A DNA stretch of 64,000 bases from Reyranellales bacterium (lineage in GTDB: Bacteria > Pseudomonadota > Alphaproteobacteria > Reyranellales > Reyranellaceae). Shown here one piece after another: positions 54,410 to 63,226 of the stretch. The DNA lies in the NCBI GenBank assembly GCA_038224985.1, contig JBBRFD010000004.1, positions 3,689 to 67,688 of the forward strand, in the 5' to 3' direction. The position numbers were made by a program, and so were the translations under genes. How positions within the stretch are numbered: position 1 is the first letter of the stretch; each line of letters opens with the position of its first letter. The notes under the pieces were generated by a model, which saw nothing but the letters and a program-made list of their open reading frames with translations, had not been told where the DNA came from and made no database searches.

Positions 54410-55761
54410 GCCGGTTTCTCCGCAAGCTCCATGCCAATCAAGGTCTTGCGGTAGCGTGCGACGATGGCGTCGCGGTCGCGATGGCGGCCCTGCTGTACCA
54501 CAGCCACGCCGCCGCGATAGACGGTCTTGATGGCCGACGTATCGGCGGCGAAGACGAAGGCATCGATCAGCGCGTCGCCCTGCGCGAGGGCGAGCGAGGG
54601 ATGGTCGGTGTCGAGCACGACGAAGTCCGCCCGCATACCCGGCGCGATGGCACCGATAGGGCGGTCGACAGCCTGGGTGCCGCCGCTGCAGGCGAGATCG
54701 AACAGCCGCCGCCCGGTCGACCGCGCCGTCTCGCCCAGCGCATTGCGTTGGCGAAGTATCAAGCGCTGGCCATATTCCAGCGTGCGCAACTCATCGGCCA
54801 GCGAGATGCGCACCAGCGAATCGGAGCCGATGCCGAAGCGGCCGGCCTGCCCGAGGTACCAAGGCATGTCGAAGAGGCCGTCGCCGAGATTGGCTTCGGT
54901 GATGGGGCAGAGGCCAGCAATGGCTTTCGCCTTTGCCATGCGCGCGATCTCTCCCGTGTTGGCATGCGTTGCGTGGACGAGACACCAGCGTTCACCGACA
55001 TCGACGGTATCCATCAGCAAATCGATGGGCCGTTTGCCGTGAGCGGCGACGCAGTCGTCGACTTCTTTCGTTTGCTCGGAGATGTGGATGTGCGCCGGTG
55101 CGCCACGCCAAGTCGCGTCGGCCCATTTCAGATCGTCGAGCGTGACAGCGCGCAGCGAATGCGGCGCGATGCCGATATTGCCGCCCGGCACCCTGGTTTC
55201 CATGATGCGGGCGTAGGAATCGCGGTCGTTCAGGAAACGGCCTTGGGCGGGAAGGGGCGCGGCGCCGAGAAATCCGCTCTGCTGATAGAACACCGGCAGC
55301 AGTGTGAGCCCGATGCCGGCGGTGTCGGCGGCCGAGACGATGCGTTCCGACATCTCGGCGACGTTGTCGTAAGGCCGGCCATCGGGTTGGTGGTGAAGGT
55401 AATGAAACTCGGCCACCCAGGTGAAGCCGGCTTCCAGCATCTCCATGTAGGCGAGTGCAGCGATGGCCTCGAGGTTGTCGGGCGTCAGGCGGCCGACGAA
55501 GCGATACATCAGTTCGCGCCAGGTCCAAAAGGAATCGGTCCGGTCGCCCCGGCGCTCGGTGAGCCCGGCCATGGCGCGCTGGAAGGCGTGGCTATGGGTA
55601 TTGGGCATGCCGGGCAGGGCGACGCCGCGCACGCGTCCGGCCGTGGAATCAGCACTGCCCGGCTCGATTCTTGCGATAACGCCGTTCTCGATCGTGAGGA
55701 CGACATCGCGCCGCCAGCCGTCCAACGTCAGCGCCGTTTCGAGGTGCAATTTACTGGTCAC
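54406..55761 (-). CDS. hutF: Formimidoylglutamate deiminase
   Basis: PGMPNTHSHAFQRAMAG, DSFWTWRELMY, AEFHYLHH, APHSLRAV, CPITEANLGDG, ELRTLEYGQRL. Confidence 0.93.
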   Translation of the reverse strand: MTSKLHLETALTLDGWRRDVVLTIENGVIARIEPGSADSTAGRVRGVALPGMPNTHSHAFQRAMAGLTERRGDRTDSFWTWRELMYRFVGRLTPDNLEAIAALAYMEMLEAGFTWVAEFHYLHHQPDGRPYDNVAEMSERIVSAADTAGIGLTLLPVFYQQSGFLGAAPLPAQGRFLNDRDSYARIMETRVPGGNIGIAPHSLRAVTLDDLKWADATWRGAPAHIHISEQTKEVDDCVAAHGKRPIDLLMDTVDVGERWCLVHATHANTGEIARMAKAKAIAGLCPITEANLGDGLFDMPWYLGQAGRFGIGSDSLVRISLADELRTLEYGQRLILRQRNALGETARSTGRRLFDLACSGGTQAVDRPIGAIAPGMRADFVVLDTDHPSLALAQGDALIDAFVFAADTSAIKTVYRGGVAVVQQGRHRDRDAIVARYRKTLIGMELAEKPA

Positions 55762-55811
55762 GCCCAGCCTTGTACGGTATCGGGCTGCACCTGTTGAGGG
55801 GGAGTTTATCC

Positions 55812-56837
55812 ATGAAGATCATCGGTTTTGCGGCTGTCGCCGCCCTTTTGGCCGGACCGGCCTTTGCGCAGCAACTGGCGCCCAGCCCGACGCTCGACGC
55901 CGTCAAGGCGCGCGGCCATATCGAATGCGGCGTCCATCTCGGCCTGCCGGGCTTCTCCTTCGCCAATGACAAGGGCGAGTGGACCGGCCTCGATGTCGAC
56001 TACTGCAAGGCGCTGGCCGCCGCCGTTCTCGACGACTCGACCAAGGTCAAATACACGCCAACCTCGGTGCAACAGCGCTGGCCGGTGCTGCAGTCGGGCC
56101 AGGTCGACCTGCTCGCGCGCAACACCACCATCACCTTCTCGCGCAATGCGACGCTCGGCGTGAACTTCCAGGGCATCAACTTCTACGAGGGCCAGACCTT
56201 CGTGGTGCGCACCAAGGCCAAGGTCGCCGCGGTTAAGGATCTCGCCGACGCCACGATCTGCGTCGCCGCCGGCTCGACCGAGGAGAAGGCTGCCGCCGAC
56301 TGGTTCCGCGAACGCAGCCTCAAGGTCACGATCATCAACTTCCAGAAGAACGATGACGCCATCTCGGCCTACGACCAGGGCCGCTGCGACGCCTATACGG
56401 CGGGCGTCGGCGCGCTGGCCGGCCAGCGCATCAAGTTCAAGGACCCGGCCGAGCATCAGATACTGACGGAAGTCATCTCCAACGACCCGCAGGGCCCGAC
56501 GACCCGTTGGGGCGACGAGCGCTGGCAGTTGGTCGTGCGCTGGGTACTGAACGCCCAGATCGCCGCCGAGAACCTTGGCGTCACCTCGAAGAACGTCGAC
56601 GAGATGAAGGCGAAGTCGACCAATGCCGAAGTCCGCCGCCTCCTCGGTGCCGAGGGCAAGTTCGGCGAGATGATGGGGATCTCCAACAACTGGGCCTACA
56701 ACATCATCAAGCAGGTCGGTAACTACGGCGAGAGCTACGAGCGCACCGTCGGTATGGGCTCGGCGCTGAAGCTGAAGCGCGGGCAGAACGAGCTCTGGAC
56801 CAAGGGCGGCCTGCTGTTCACGCCGCCGTTCCAGTGA
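55812..56837 (+). CDS. General L-amino-acid ABC transporter substrate-binding protein (AapJ/BztA-like)
   Basis: TLDAVKARG..CGV...PGF, GLDVDYCKALAAAV, VDLLARNTT, VGNYGE, LWTKGGLLFTPP. Confidence 0.9.
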   Translation: MKIIGFAAVAALLAGPAFAQQLAPSPTLDAVKARGHIECGVHLGLPGFSFANDKGEWTGLDVDYCKALAAAVLDDSTKVKYTPTSVQQRWPVLQSGQVDLLARNTTITFSRNATLGVNFQGINFYEGQTFVVRTKAKVAAVKDLADATICVAAGSTEEKAAADWFRERSLKVTIINFQKNDDAISAYDQGRCDAYTAGVGALAGQRIKFKDPAEHQILTEVISNDPQGPTTRWGDERWQLVVRWVLNAQIAAENLGVTSKNVDEMKAKSTNAEVRRLLGAEGKFGEMMGISNNWAYNIIKQVGNYGESYERTVGMGSALKLKRGQNELWTKGGLLFTPPFQ

Positions 56838-56849
56838 TCCTTTGCCGTT

Positions 56850-56886
56850 CCTCTCCCCCGCGAGGGGGAGAGGCTAGGTGAGGGGG
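56850..56886. repeat. Short REP-like hairpin element
   Basis: CCTCTCCCCC-GCGA-GGGGGAGAGG hairpin followed by CTAGGTGAGGGG, between the SBP and permease genes. Confidence 0.6.
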
Positions 56887-56891
56887 CACTC

Positions 56892-58043
56892 TTGAAGTTC
56901 CTTCGCGACCGCAAGGTGCGCGACATCCTGTGGCAGGTCGCAGCCACCCTGGGCTTGATCGCGGTCATCGTGTTCTTCGTGCGCAATGCCTCGGAGAACA
57001 TGGTGAAGGCGGGCATCGCCTCAGGCTTCAACTTCCTGGGACGCGATGCCGGCATCGAGGTGCCGTTCAATATCACCGGCTACAAGCCCTCCGACAGCAT
57101 CCTGGCACTGCTGTGGACCGGCATCGTCAACACGCTGCTGGTCTCGGCCGCCGCCATCGTCGTGGCCACGCTCATTGGCTTCTCGGTCGGTCTCGCCCGG
57201 CTGTCGCGCAACTGGCTGCTGTCGACGCTGGCCGGCTTCTACGTCGAGTTCGTCCGCAACATCCCGCTGCTGTTCTTCGTGCTGTTCTGGTACTTCGGCG
57301 TGCTGGCCGCCTTGCCGACGCCCAAGGAGAGCGTCGACTTCTTCGGCGTGGCCTTCCTCAACCGCCGCGGCCTCTCCGTTCCCACGCCGAACGAACTGCA
57401 GGCGTTCAAAGCCGTCGCGATCGCCATCCTCGCGCTGATCCTGGCGCAACTGGCGCTGGTGCGCTGGGCCGGGCGCCGGCAGGCCCTGACGGGGCAGGAT
57501 TTCCCGGTTTGGCCCGTGGGCTTCGTGGTTCTCGGTGCTATTCCCATCGCCCTGCTGATCTGGGCCTCGGCCTCGACGACCTGGGACATGCCGATTTTGC
57601 GCGGCTTCAACTATCGCGGCGGCTTCGTCCTGGTGCCCGAGTTCGTGGCTCTATTCGCGGCCCTCTCGACCTATACCGCAGGCTTCATCGCCGAGATCGT
57701 GCGTGGCGGCATACAGTCGGTGCCGGCCGGCCAGATCGACGCCGCCCGGGCGCTCGGCCTCGGGTCGGGTCGCATTGTGCGGCTGGTCGTGATTCCGCAG
57801 GCCATGCCGGTGATCATCCCGCCGATCACCGGCCAGTATCTCAACCTGATCAAGAATTCGTCCTTTGGTGCTGCCATCGCCTATCCGGAAGTGGTGGCGG
57901 TGTTCATGGGCTCGGCACTGGTCGCGACTGGACAGGCCATCGAGATCATTGCCATTACGCTTGCGATCTATCTCACCATCAGTCTCGCCGTCTCTGCCTT
58001 CATGAACTGGTACAACGCCCGTCACCGGCTGGTGCGGCGATGA
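56892..58043 (+). CDS. Amino-acid ABC permease (AapQ/BztB-like)
   Basis: NTLLVS, YVEFVRNIPLL, FIAEIVRGGI..V..GQ.DAA.ALGL, YLNLIKNSS; TTG start. Confidence 0.88.
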   Translation: MKFLRDRKVRDILWQVAATLGLIAVIVFFVRNASENMVKAGIASGFNFLGRDAGIEVPFNITGYKPSDSILALLWTGIVNTLLVSAAAIVVATLIGFSVGLARLSRNWLLSTLAGFYVEFVRNIPLLFFVLFWYFGVLAALPTPKESVDFFGVAFLNRRGLSVPTPNELQAFKAVAIAILALILAQLALVRWAGRRQALTGQDFPVWPVGFVVLGAIPIALLIWASASTTWDMPILRGFNYRGGFVLVPEFVALFAALSTYTAGFIAEIVRGGIQSVPAGQIDAARALGLGSGRIVRLVVIPQAMPVIIPPITGQYLNLIKNSSFGAAIAYPEVVAVFMGSALVATGQAIEIIAITLAIYLTISLAVSAFMNWYNARHRLVRR

Positions 58044-59095
58044 AGCGGATACCCTGGCTGGAAACGCTGCGGTTGCGCCTCTTCGCGACGCCGTTCGACG
58101 CGGCGGTGACGCTGCTACTGGCCTATGTCGTCTGGCGCATCTCGGTGCCGCTGGTCGACTGGCTGCTGATCGACGCCAATTGGCAGGGCACCAGCCGTGA
58201 CGACTGCAAGAGCCCCGGCGCCTGCTGGGTTTTTGTCCGCGCCCGTTTCGGCCAGTTCATGTACGGCCAGTATCCGGTGCCGGAGCGCTGGCGCGTCGAT
58301 CTCGTCGGCCTGCTGACGGTCGCCTCGGGCATCCTGCTGTCGATCCGTACGCTGCCGAACCGGGGAACGCTGGCGATTGCAGCCGCCATCGTCCTGCCGC
58401 CGCTCGGTATCTGGCTTTTCTACGGTGGCCTCGGCCTCAAGATCGTCGAGACGCGCGAATGGGGCGGGCTGATGCTCACCCTATTCCTCGCCCTCTATGC
58501 CGGCCTGATCGCAGTGCCGCTTGGCATCCTGCTGGCGCTGGGCAGGCGCTCACGACTGCCCCTGATCCGCTTCTTCTCCATCGTCTTCATTGAATTCTGG
58601 CGCGGCGTGCCGATCATCACCGTGATCTTCCTGGCCTCGCTGCTTCTGCCGCTGATCATGCCGACCGGCTTCAACGTCGATCGTCTCGCCCGCGCCGTCA
58701 TCGGCCTTGCCTTCGTGATCGCGGCCTACATGGCCGAAGCCGTGCGTGGCGGCCTCCAGGCGCTGCCGGAGGGCCAGACCGAAGCGGCGCAGGCGCTCGG
58801 CCTCGGCTACTGGCGCATCACGCGGCTGATCGTGCTGCCGCAGGCGCTGCGCATCGCGCTACCGGCCATGACCAACGAATTCATCGCGCTGTTCAAGAAC
58901 ACCACGCTGGTGCTGATCGTCTCGATCTTCGACCTGCTGGGCATAGCGCAGGCTGCACTCGCCGATCCCGCCTGGGTCGGCATGAACATGGAAGCCTATG
59001 TCTTCGCCGGCGCCATCTACTGGTTCGCCTGCTTTGCCATGTCGCGCTGGAGCATCGCCCGCGAGAAGCGGCTCAAAGCCGCTTACGGACGTTAA
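58040..59095 (+). CDS. Amino-acid ABC permease (AapM/BztC-like)
   Basis: GACW, WGGLMLT, IEFWRGVPII, AYMAEAVRGGLQALP.GQ.EAA.ALGL; ATGA overlap with the upstream gene. Confidence 0.88.
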   Translation: MKRIPWLETLRLRLFATPFDAAVTLLLAYVVWRISVPLVDWLLIDANWQGTSRDDCKSPGACWVFVRARFGQFMYGQYPVPERWRVDLVGLLTVASGILLSIRTLPNRGTLAIAAAIVLPPLGIWLFYGGLGLKIVETREWGGLMLTLFLALYAGLIAVPLGILLALGRRSRLPLIRFFSIVFIEFWRGVPIITVIFLASLLLPLIMPTGFNVDRLARAVIGLAFVIAAYMAEAVRGGLQALPEGQTEAAQALGLGYWRITRLIVLPQALRIALPAMTNEFIALFKNTTLVLIVSIFDLLGIAQAALADPAWVGMNMEAYVFAGAIYWFACFAMSRWSIAREKRLKAAYGR

Positions 59096-59096
59096 C

Positions 59097-59345
59097 CTAA
59101 CGGCAAAGAAACGCCTTGAAAGTGATGATGTCGCGCGCCGAGCCGGTGCGGTCGCAATAGTCGACGAATTCCTGCGGCGTGATCGGCACCATCTGGATGC
59201 TGTGCCGCCGGGCGCGCCACTCGGCCATCCGGACCTGTTCCTTCATCTGCCAGTCGGCATAGGAGGCCGCCGGATAGTGCTTCACGAGCTTCTGGAGCTG
59301 CTCGTGGTCGACGGCAGAGACCTTGGCGAAATATTGTACGGCCAT
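59097..59345 (-). CDS. Hypothetical 82 aa protein
   Basis: ORF fills the intergenic gap with coding-like codon usage; no recognised family. Confidence 0.5.
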   Translation of the reverse strand: MAVQYFAKVSAVDHEQLQKLVKHYPAASYADWQMKEQVRMAEWRARRHSIQMVPITPQEFVDYCDRTGSARDIITFKAFLCR

Positions 59346-59419
59346 GACGGCTGAACCTCGAAGCAGGGTCGACGCGGGAGAGGCTTTTACCCGCCCCGGG
59401 CGCCGTCCCGCAACAGTCG

Positions 59420-61105
59420 CTAGGCCGCGAAATGGCGCAGGACTTCGCCCGGCCGGGCCTTTTTATCCACGCAGAAGCCTTTTTCATCCGCCACGCGCAG
59501 ACCATTGATCCACACGCCGTTCAATCCGACGGCCGAGGCGGTGAGGCGGGTGGCGCGGGCCGGCAGGTCGTGCGCCCGGCGCTTGGGGCCGCGTGCGACG
59601 GTTTTCGGATCGAACAGCATCAAGTCGGCGGCATACCCCTCGCGAATGAAGCCGCGGCCCTGGATGCCGAACAGCTTGGCCGGCTGGCCGGTCAGGCGGT
59701 GCACGGCCTGCGGCAGGTCGAGGACGCCGAGGTCGCGGCTCCAGTGGCCCATCAGATGCAGGCCGAAGCCGGCGTCGCAGAAGAAGGTGAGGTGGGCGCC
59801 GGCGTCGCTCAACGAGATATGGGTGTTGGGGTCGGCCAGGATTCGGCCGACCGCCTTTTCGTCGTTGTGCAGGAGCTGCGCCACGAAGGTCGTGTCGAGG
59901 TTCTCCGACAGGGCGAAGTCGAGGATGAAGTCGAGCGGGTGCTTGCCGGTCGGGCCGGCGAGCTCGGCCAGCGTGGCGCCCTCCATTTTGCGGTTCTCGG
60001 GCTTGGCCGTCTCGACGACGAAGAGCTTGTCCCATTCGCTGTTGAAGAGCTGCCGGCCCTTGGCGGCGGCGAGTTCGTCCTTCACCGACTGGCGCCAGCT
60101 CGGATCGGCATAGATCTTTTTCAGGTCATCGCCGCCATGTGCAGCCATGGCCGGCTTCCACGCCGCCATACTTTCGAACAGGTAGGGGCTCTTGAAGGTG
60201 AAATCCATGCTGAGGGGGCAGCACGAAGTCTGTGCCACCAGCTGGTGGCCGCGCGCGCGGGCGGCGTTGATCTGGTCGAGAGTGGTGAAGGCCGCCGTCG
60301 GATTGGTGTTGGAATGAAATAGGGCGGCGATGACGACCGGGCGCTTCGATTCGGCCGCGATCTCTTCAAGATAGGGGATGGTCGTCGTGCGGCCCTTGGT
60401 CAGCATATAGACGCCGCGGCCGTTCTCGCCCATGGCATTGACCAGCGCGCGCAGCTCCTTGTCGTCGGCGAGGCGCGACGGCATCGGTGTGCCGCCTTCG
60501 CCGTTATGGGCTTCAGCCGTCGAGGAGGCGAAACCGACGGCGCCGGCCGCCATGGCCTCACGCACCAGTGTCGCCATCTTGACGATCTCCTCCGCCGTGG
60601 CCGCGCGCTGCGTCGCTTCCTCGCCCATGACCCAGGTGCGGACGGAGGAATGGCCGGAGAAGCAGGCGACATTGGGACCGACACCCTGCTTCTGCAGCAT
60701 GTCGAGATACTGCGGAAAGCTCTCGAAACCCCAGTTGATGCCGGCACGCAGGGCGTCGAGCGACATGCCTTCGACATGCGTGAGGTGGCGCATGGTGATG
60801 TCGCGGTCGGTGGGCTTGCAGGGCGCGATCGTGAAGCCGCAATTGCCGAGGATGGCCGTGGTGACGCCCAGCGCCGGTGAGGGATCGACGAAGGGATCCC
60901 AGGTGATCTGCGCATCGTAATGCGTGTGGCCGTCGATGATGCCCGGCGCCAAAGCGAGGCCGCGTGCGTTCACTGTTTCCTTGGCGGCGCCGAGTTTGCC
61001 GCCGATGGCGGCGATCTTGCCGTTGGTGACGCCGAGATCGCCGTGAACCGGTGCGGAGCCAGCGCCATCGTGAATTTCCGCGTCCTTGATGATCAGATCG
61101 AACAT
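59420..61105 (-). CDS. N-acyl-D-amino-acid deacylase family amidohydrolase
   Basis: PGIIDGHTHYDAQ, GVTTAILGNCG, SDAGAH, GYAADLMLFDP; start MFDLIIKD. Confidence 0.9.
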   Translation of the reverse strand: MFDLIIKDAEIHDGAGSAPVHGDLGVTNGKIAAIGGKLGAAKETVNARGLALAPGIIDGHTHYDAQITWDPFVDPSPALGVTTAILGNCGFTIAPCKPTDRDITMRHLTHVEGMSLDALRAGINWGFESFPQYLDMLQKQGVGPNVACFSGHSSVRTWVMGEEATQRAATAEEIVKMATLVREAMAAGAVGFASSTAEAHNGEGGTPMPSRLADDKELRALVNAMGENGRGVYMLTKGRTTTIPYLEEIAAESKRPVVIAALFHSNTNPTAAFTTLDQINAARARGHQLVAQTSCCPLSMDFTFKSPYLFESMAAWKPAMAAHGGDDLKKIYADPSWRQSVKDELAAAKGRQLFNSEWDKLFVVETAKPENRKMEGATLAELAGPTGKHPLDFILDFALSENLDTTFVAQLLHNDEKAVGRILADPNTHISLSDAGAHLTFFCDAGFGLHLMGHWSRDLGVLDLPQAVHRLTGQPAKLFGIQGRGFIREGYAADLMLFDPKTVARGPKRRAHDLPARATRLTASAVGLNGVWINGLRVADEKGFCVDKKARPGEVLRHFAA

Positions 61106-61121
61106 TTTTGTTTCCTCCCGG

Positions 61122-61454
61122 TCAGCCGACGATCGTCTTTTCATCAACGATGAAACTCTTGATGCGACCGATGAATTTCGCGCCGTCGGCATGCAGAGCC
61201 TGCATTTCGGGCGTATGTACTGCCTTGTCGAGGGCGGCATGGTCATCGAACCACAGCTCGGCAATGCCGTCGATCTCGACCACGGTCGTCTCGATATCGA
61301 CGCGACGGCGCTCGCTCAGGATATGGTTCTGCACGTAGCGGCGCAGGCCAGGGACGGCATGGGCCAGCGGGGCATGCACGTCGACCCAATGCTTCACGAA
61401 TTGCTCGTGCGTGAAGCCGTCCTTGCGTGTCAGCAACCCGACCGTCTTGATCAT
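61122..61454 (-). CDS. EthD-family protein
   Basis: LLTRKDGFTHEQFVKHWVDVHAPLA..VPGLRRYVQN...DGIAELWFD...ADGAKFI. Confidence 0.85.
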   Translation of the reverse strand: MIKTVGLLTRKDGFTHEQFVKHWVDVHAPLAHAVPGLRRYVQNHILSERRRVDIETTVVEIDGIAELWFDDHAALDKAVHTPEMQALHADGAKFIGRIKSFIVDEKTIVG

Positions 61455-61490
61455 CGGCACTTTCTCCCGATTGCGCCGCTGGACTATACT

Positions 61491-62282
61491 ATGGCCATGT
61501 TCCGCACCCTCGCCCTCGTCCTGTTGCTGTTCTGCGGCGCGGCTCGCGCGCAACCCGTGAGTTTTCCCAGTGTCGCGGTCGGCAATGTGGCGGCGGGGCC
61601 GGAAATTACGGCCCGGATCTACAAGCCTGAGGGGCCGGGGCCCTTTGCCGCCGTGATCCTCGCCCATAGCTGCGCCGGGGTGAATGCGCATACCGAGGCC
61701 TGGGCCAATCGGATCGTGAGTTGGGGCTATCTGGTCCTGACGCCCGATAGCTTCGGCCCGCGCGGCGAGAAGCAGGTTTGCGGGCAGCCGGGCCTGATCG
61801 GCCCCAACAGGCGGGTGGCCGATATTGCCGGCGCGCTGGATTTCCTCGCGACGCGGCCCGATGTGATTGCCGGCAAGGTCGGGTTGATCGGCCACAGCCA
61901 CGGCGGTTCGACGACGATCCGCTCGATCCAGCAGCCCTTCGATCTCGCCCGGCGCGGCTTGCAGGGCGGCGTCGCCTATTATCCCGGCTGCTTCCCGCAA
62001 TTCGATCGCGGCGTCGCCCTGCCGCTGCTGATCCTGATCGGCGACAAGGACGACTGGACGCCGGCGGAGGGCTGCCGCCGACTTCAGGCGGTGGGCTTGG
62101 CCCGGCCCGAGCTGGTCGAGGCCGTCTATTATCCCAATGCGCTGCACAGCTTCGATGCAAGGGCACGCGAGCGTACGGTGCCAGGTGCGCCAGGCAAGGT
62201 GCATCGGCTGGCTTACGATGCCGAAGCCGCGCCCGATGCCGAGGCGCGGGCCAAGGCGTTCTTCGAGAAGATCTTGCGTTAG
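61491..62282 (+). CDS. Exported dienelactone-hydrolase-family alpha/beta hydrolase
   Basis: Signal peptide; HSCAG, GHSHGG, YYPGC, LILIGDKDDWTP, YPNALHSFD. Confidence 0.85.
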   Translation: MAMFRTLALVLLLFCGAARAQPVSFPSVAVGNVAAGPEITARIYKPEGPGPFAAVILAHSCAGVNAHTEAWANRIVSWGYLVLTPDSFGPRGEKQVCGQPGLIGPNRRVADIAGALDFLATRPDVIAGKVGLIGHSHGGSTTIRSIQQPFDLARRGLQGGVAYYPGCFPQFDRGVALPLLILIGDKDDWTPAEGCRRLQAVGLARPELVEAVYYPNALHSFDARARERTVPGAPGKVHRLAYDAEAAPDAEARAKAFFEKILR

Positions 62283-63226
62283 GGCTTGCCCAAGCCCATC
62301 TGACGGCTGAGCAGCACCAGCGTTTCATAGATCACATGCGCGCAGAGATGGGCGGCCATGCCGTTGACGTCCTGCGGCGGGCTCACGGTGTTCACGTCGA
62401 CCGCCACGATGTTGAGATCGGTCAGGCAGCGCAGCAGGTCGATGCCCTCGCGCGCCGACAGGCCGCCCCAGGACGGCGTGCAGACGCCGGGCGCGCAGGA
62501 TGGGTCGAAGACATCCATGTCGAAGCAGAGATAGACTGGGCGCTTGCCGACCTTGTCGCGGAACTCGGCCATGCGCTGGGCGAAGCCGCCGCGGATCAAC
62601 TCGTCGATCGAGACGATCTTGTAGCCGAGGCTCATGGCGCGCGGCACGACGTTCTGCGCGTAGGTCGTGCTGCGGATGCCGACATGCCAGGAGAATTCCG
62701 GATCGATCAGGCCTTCCTCGGCGACATGGGTGAACTGAGTAGCGGAGTTGTACTTTTCGTCCGCGCCGTAGGGATAGGAATCGGTGTGCGAGTCGATGTG
62801 GAGCGCCGCCATCTTCGGATACTTCTTGCCGACGGCGCGGGCGACCGGGACGGTGACCGAGCCGTCGCCGCCGATGGTGACGGGAATGGCGCCCGCCGCG
62901 ACGATGCGGTCGACCGCCTGCTCGGTGCGCTCGAAGGCGTCGACGATCTTGCTGGGCACGAGCTTGACGTTGCCGCAATCGACCAGCCCCAGCGCCGCCA
63001 CCGGATCGAAATCGGCATGAGTGGGATTGAATCGCCGCATCAACGACGATTGCTGGCGCACCGAATCGGGCCCGCCGCGTGCGCCGATCCGCATGTTGGT
63101 GCCGCAATCGCAGGGAATGCCCAGGATGGCCGCCTTGTTGCTCGGGCCGGGCCGTCCGTAGGGCAAGCCCATGAAGGTCATGGGCGAGGTGAAGAGCTCG
63201 GAATCGGACAGCCGGTCCATGATCAT
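62279..63226 (-). CDS. Divergent ureohydrolase (agmatinase/arginase family)
   Basis: GARGGP..VR, DCGNV, GGDGS, HIDSHTD, GIR, FDMDVFDP..APG; start at 63226 or 63220. Confidence 0.8.
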   Translation of the reverse strand: MIMDRLSDSELFTSPMTFMGLPYGRPGPSNKAAILGIPCDCGTNMRIGARGGPDSVRQQSSLMRRFNPTHADFDPVAALGLVDCGNVKLVPSKIVDAFERTEQAVDRIVAAGAIPVTIGGDGSVTVPVARAVGKKYPKMAALHIDSHTDSYPYGADEKYNSATQFTHVAEEGLIDPEFSWHVGIRSTTYAQNVVPRAMSLGYKIVSIDELIRGGFAQRMAEFRDKVGKRPVYLCFDMDVFDPSCAPGVCTPSWGGLSAREGIDLLRCLTDLNIVAVDVNTVSPPQDVNGMAAHLCAHVIYETLVLLSRQMGLGKP

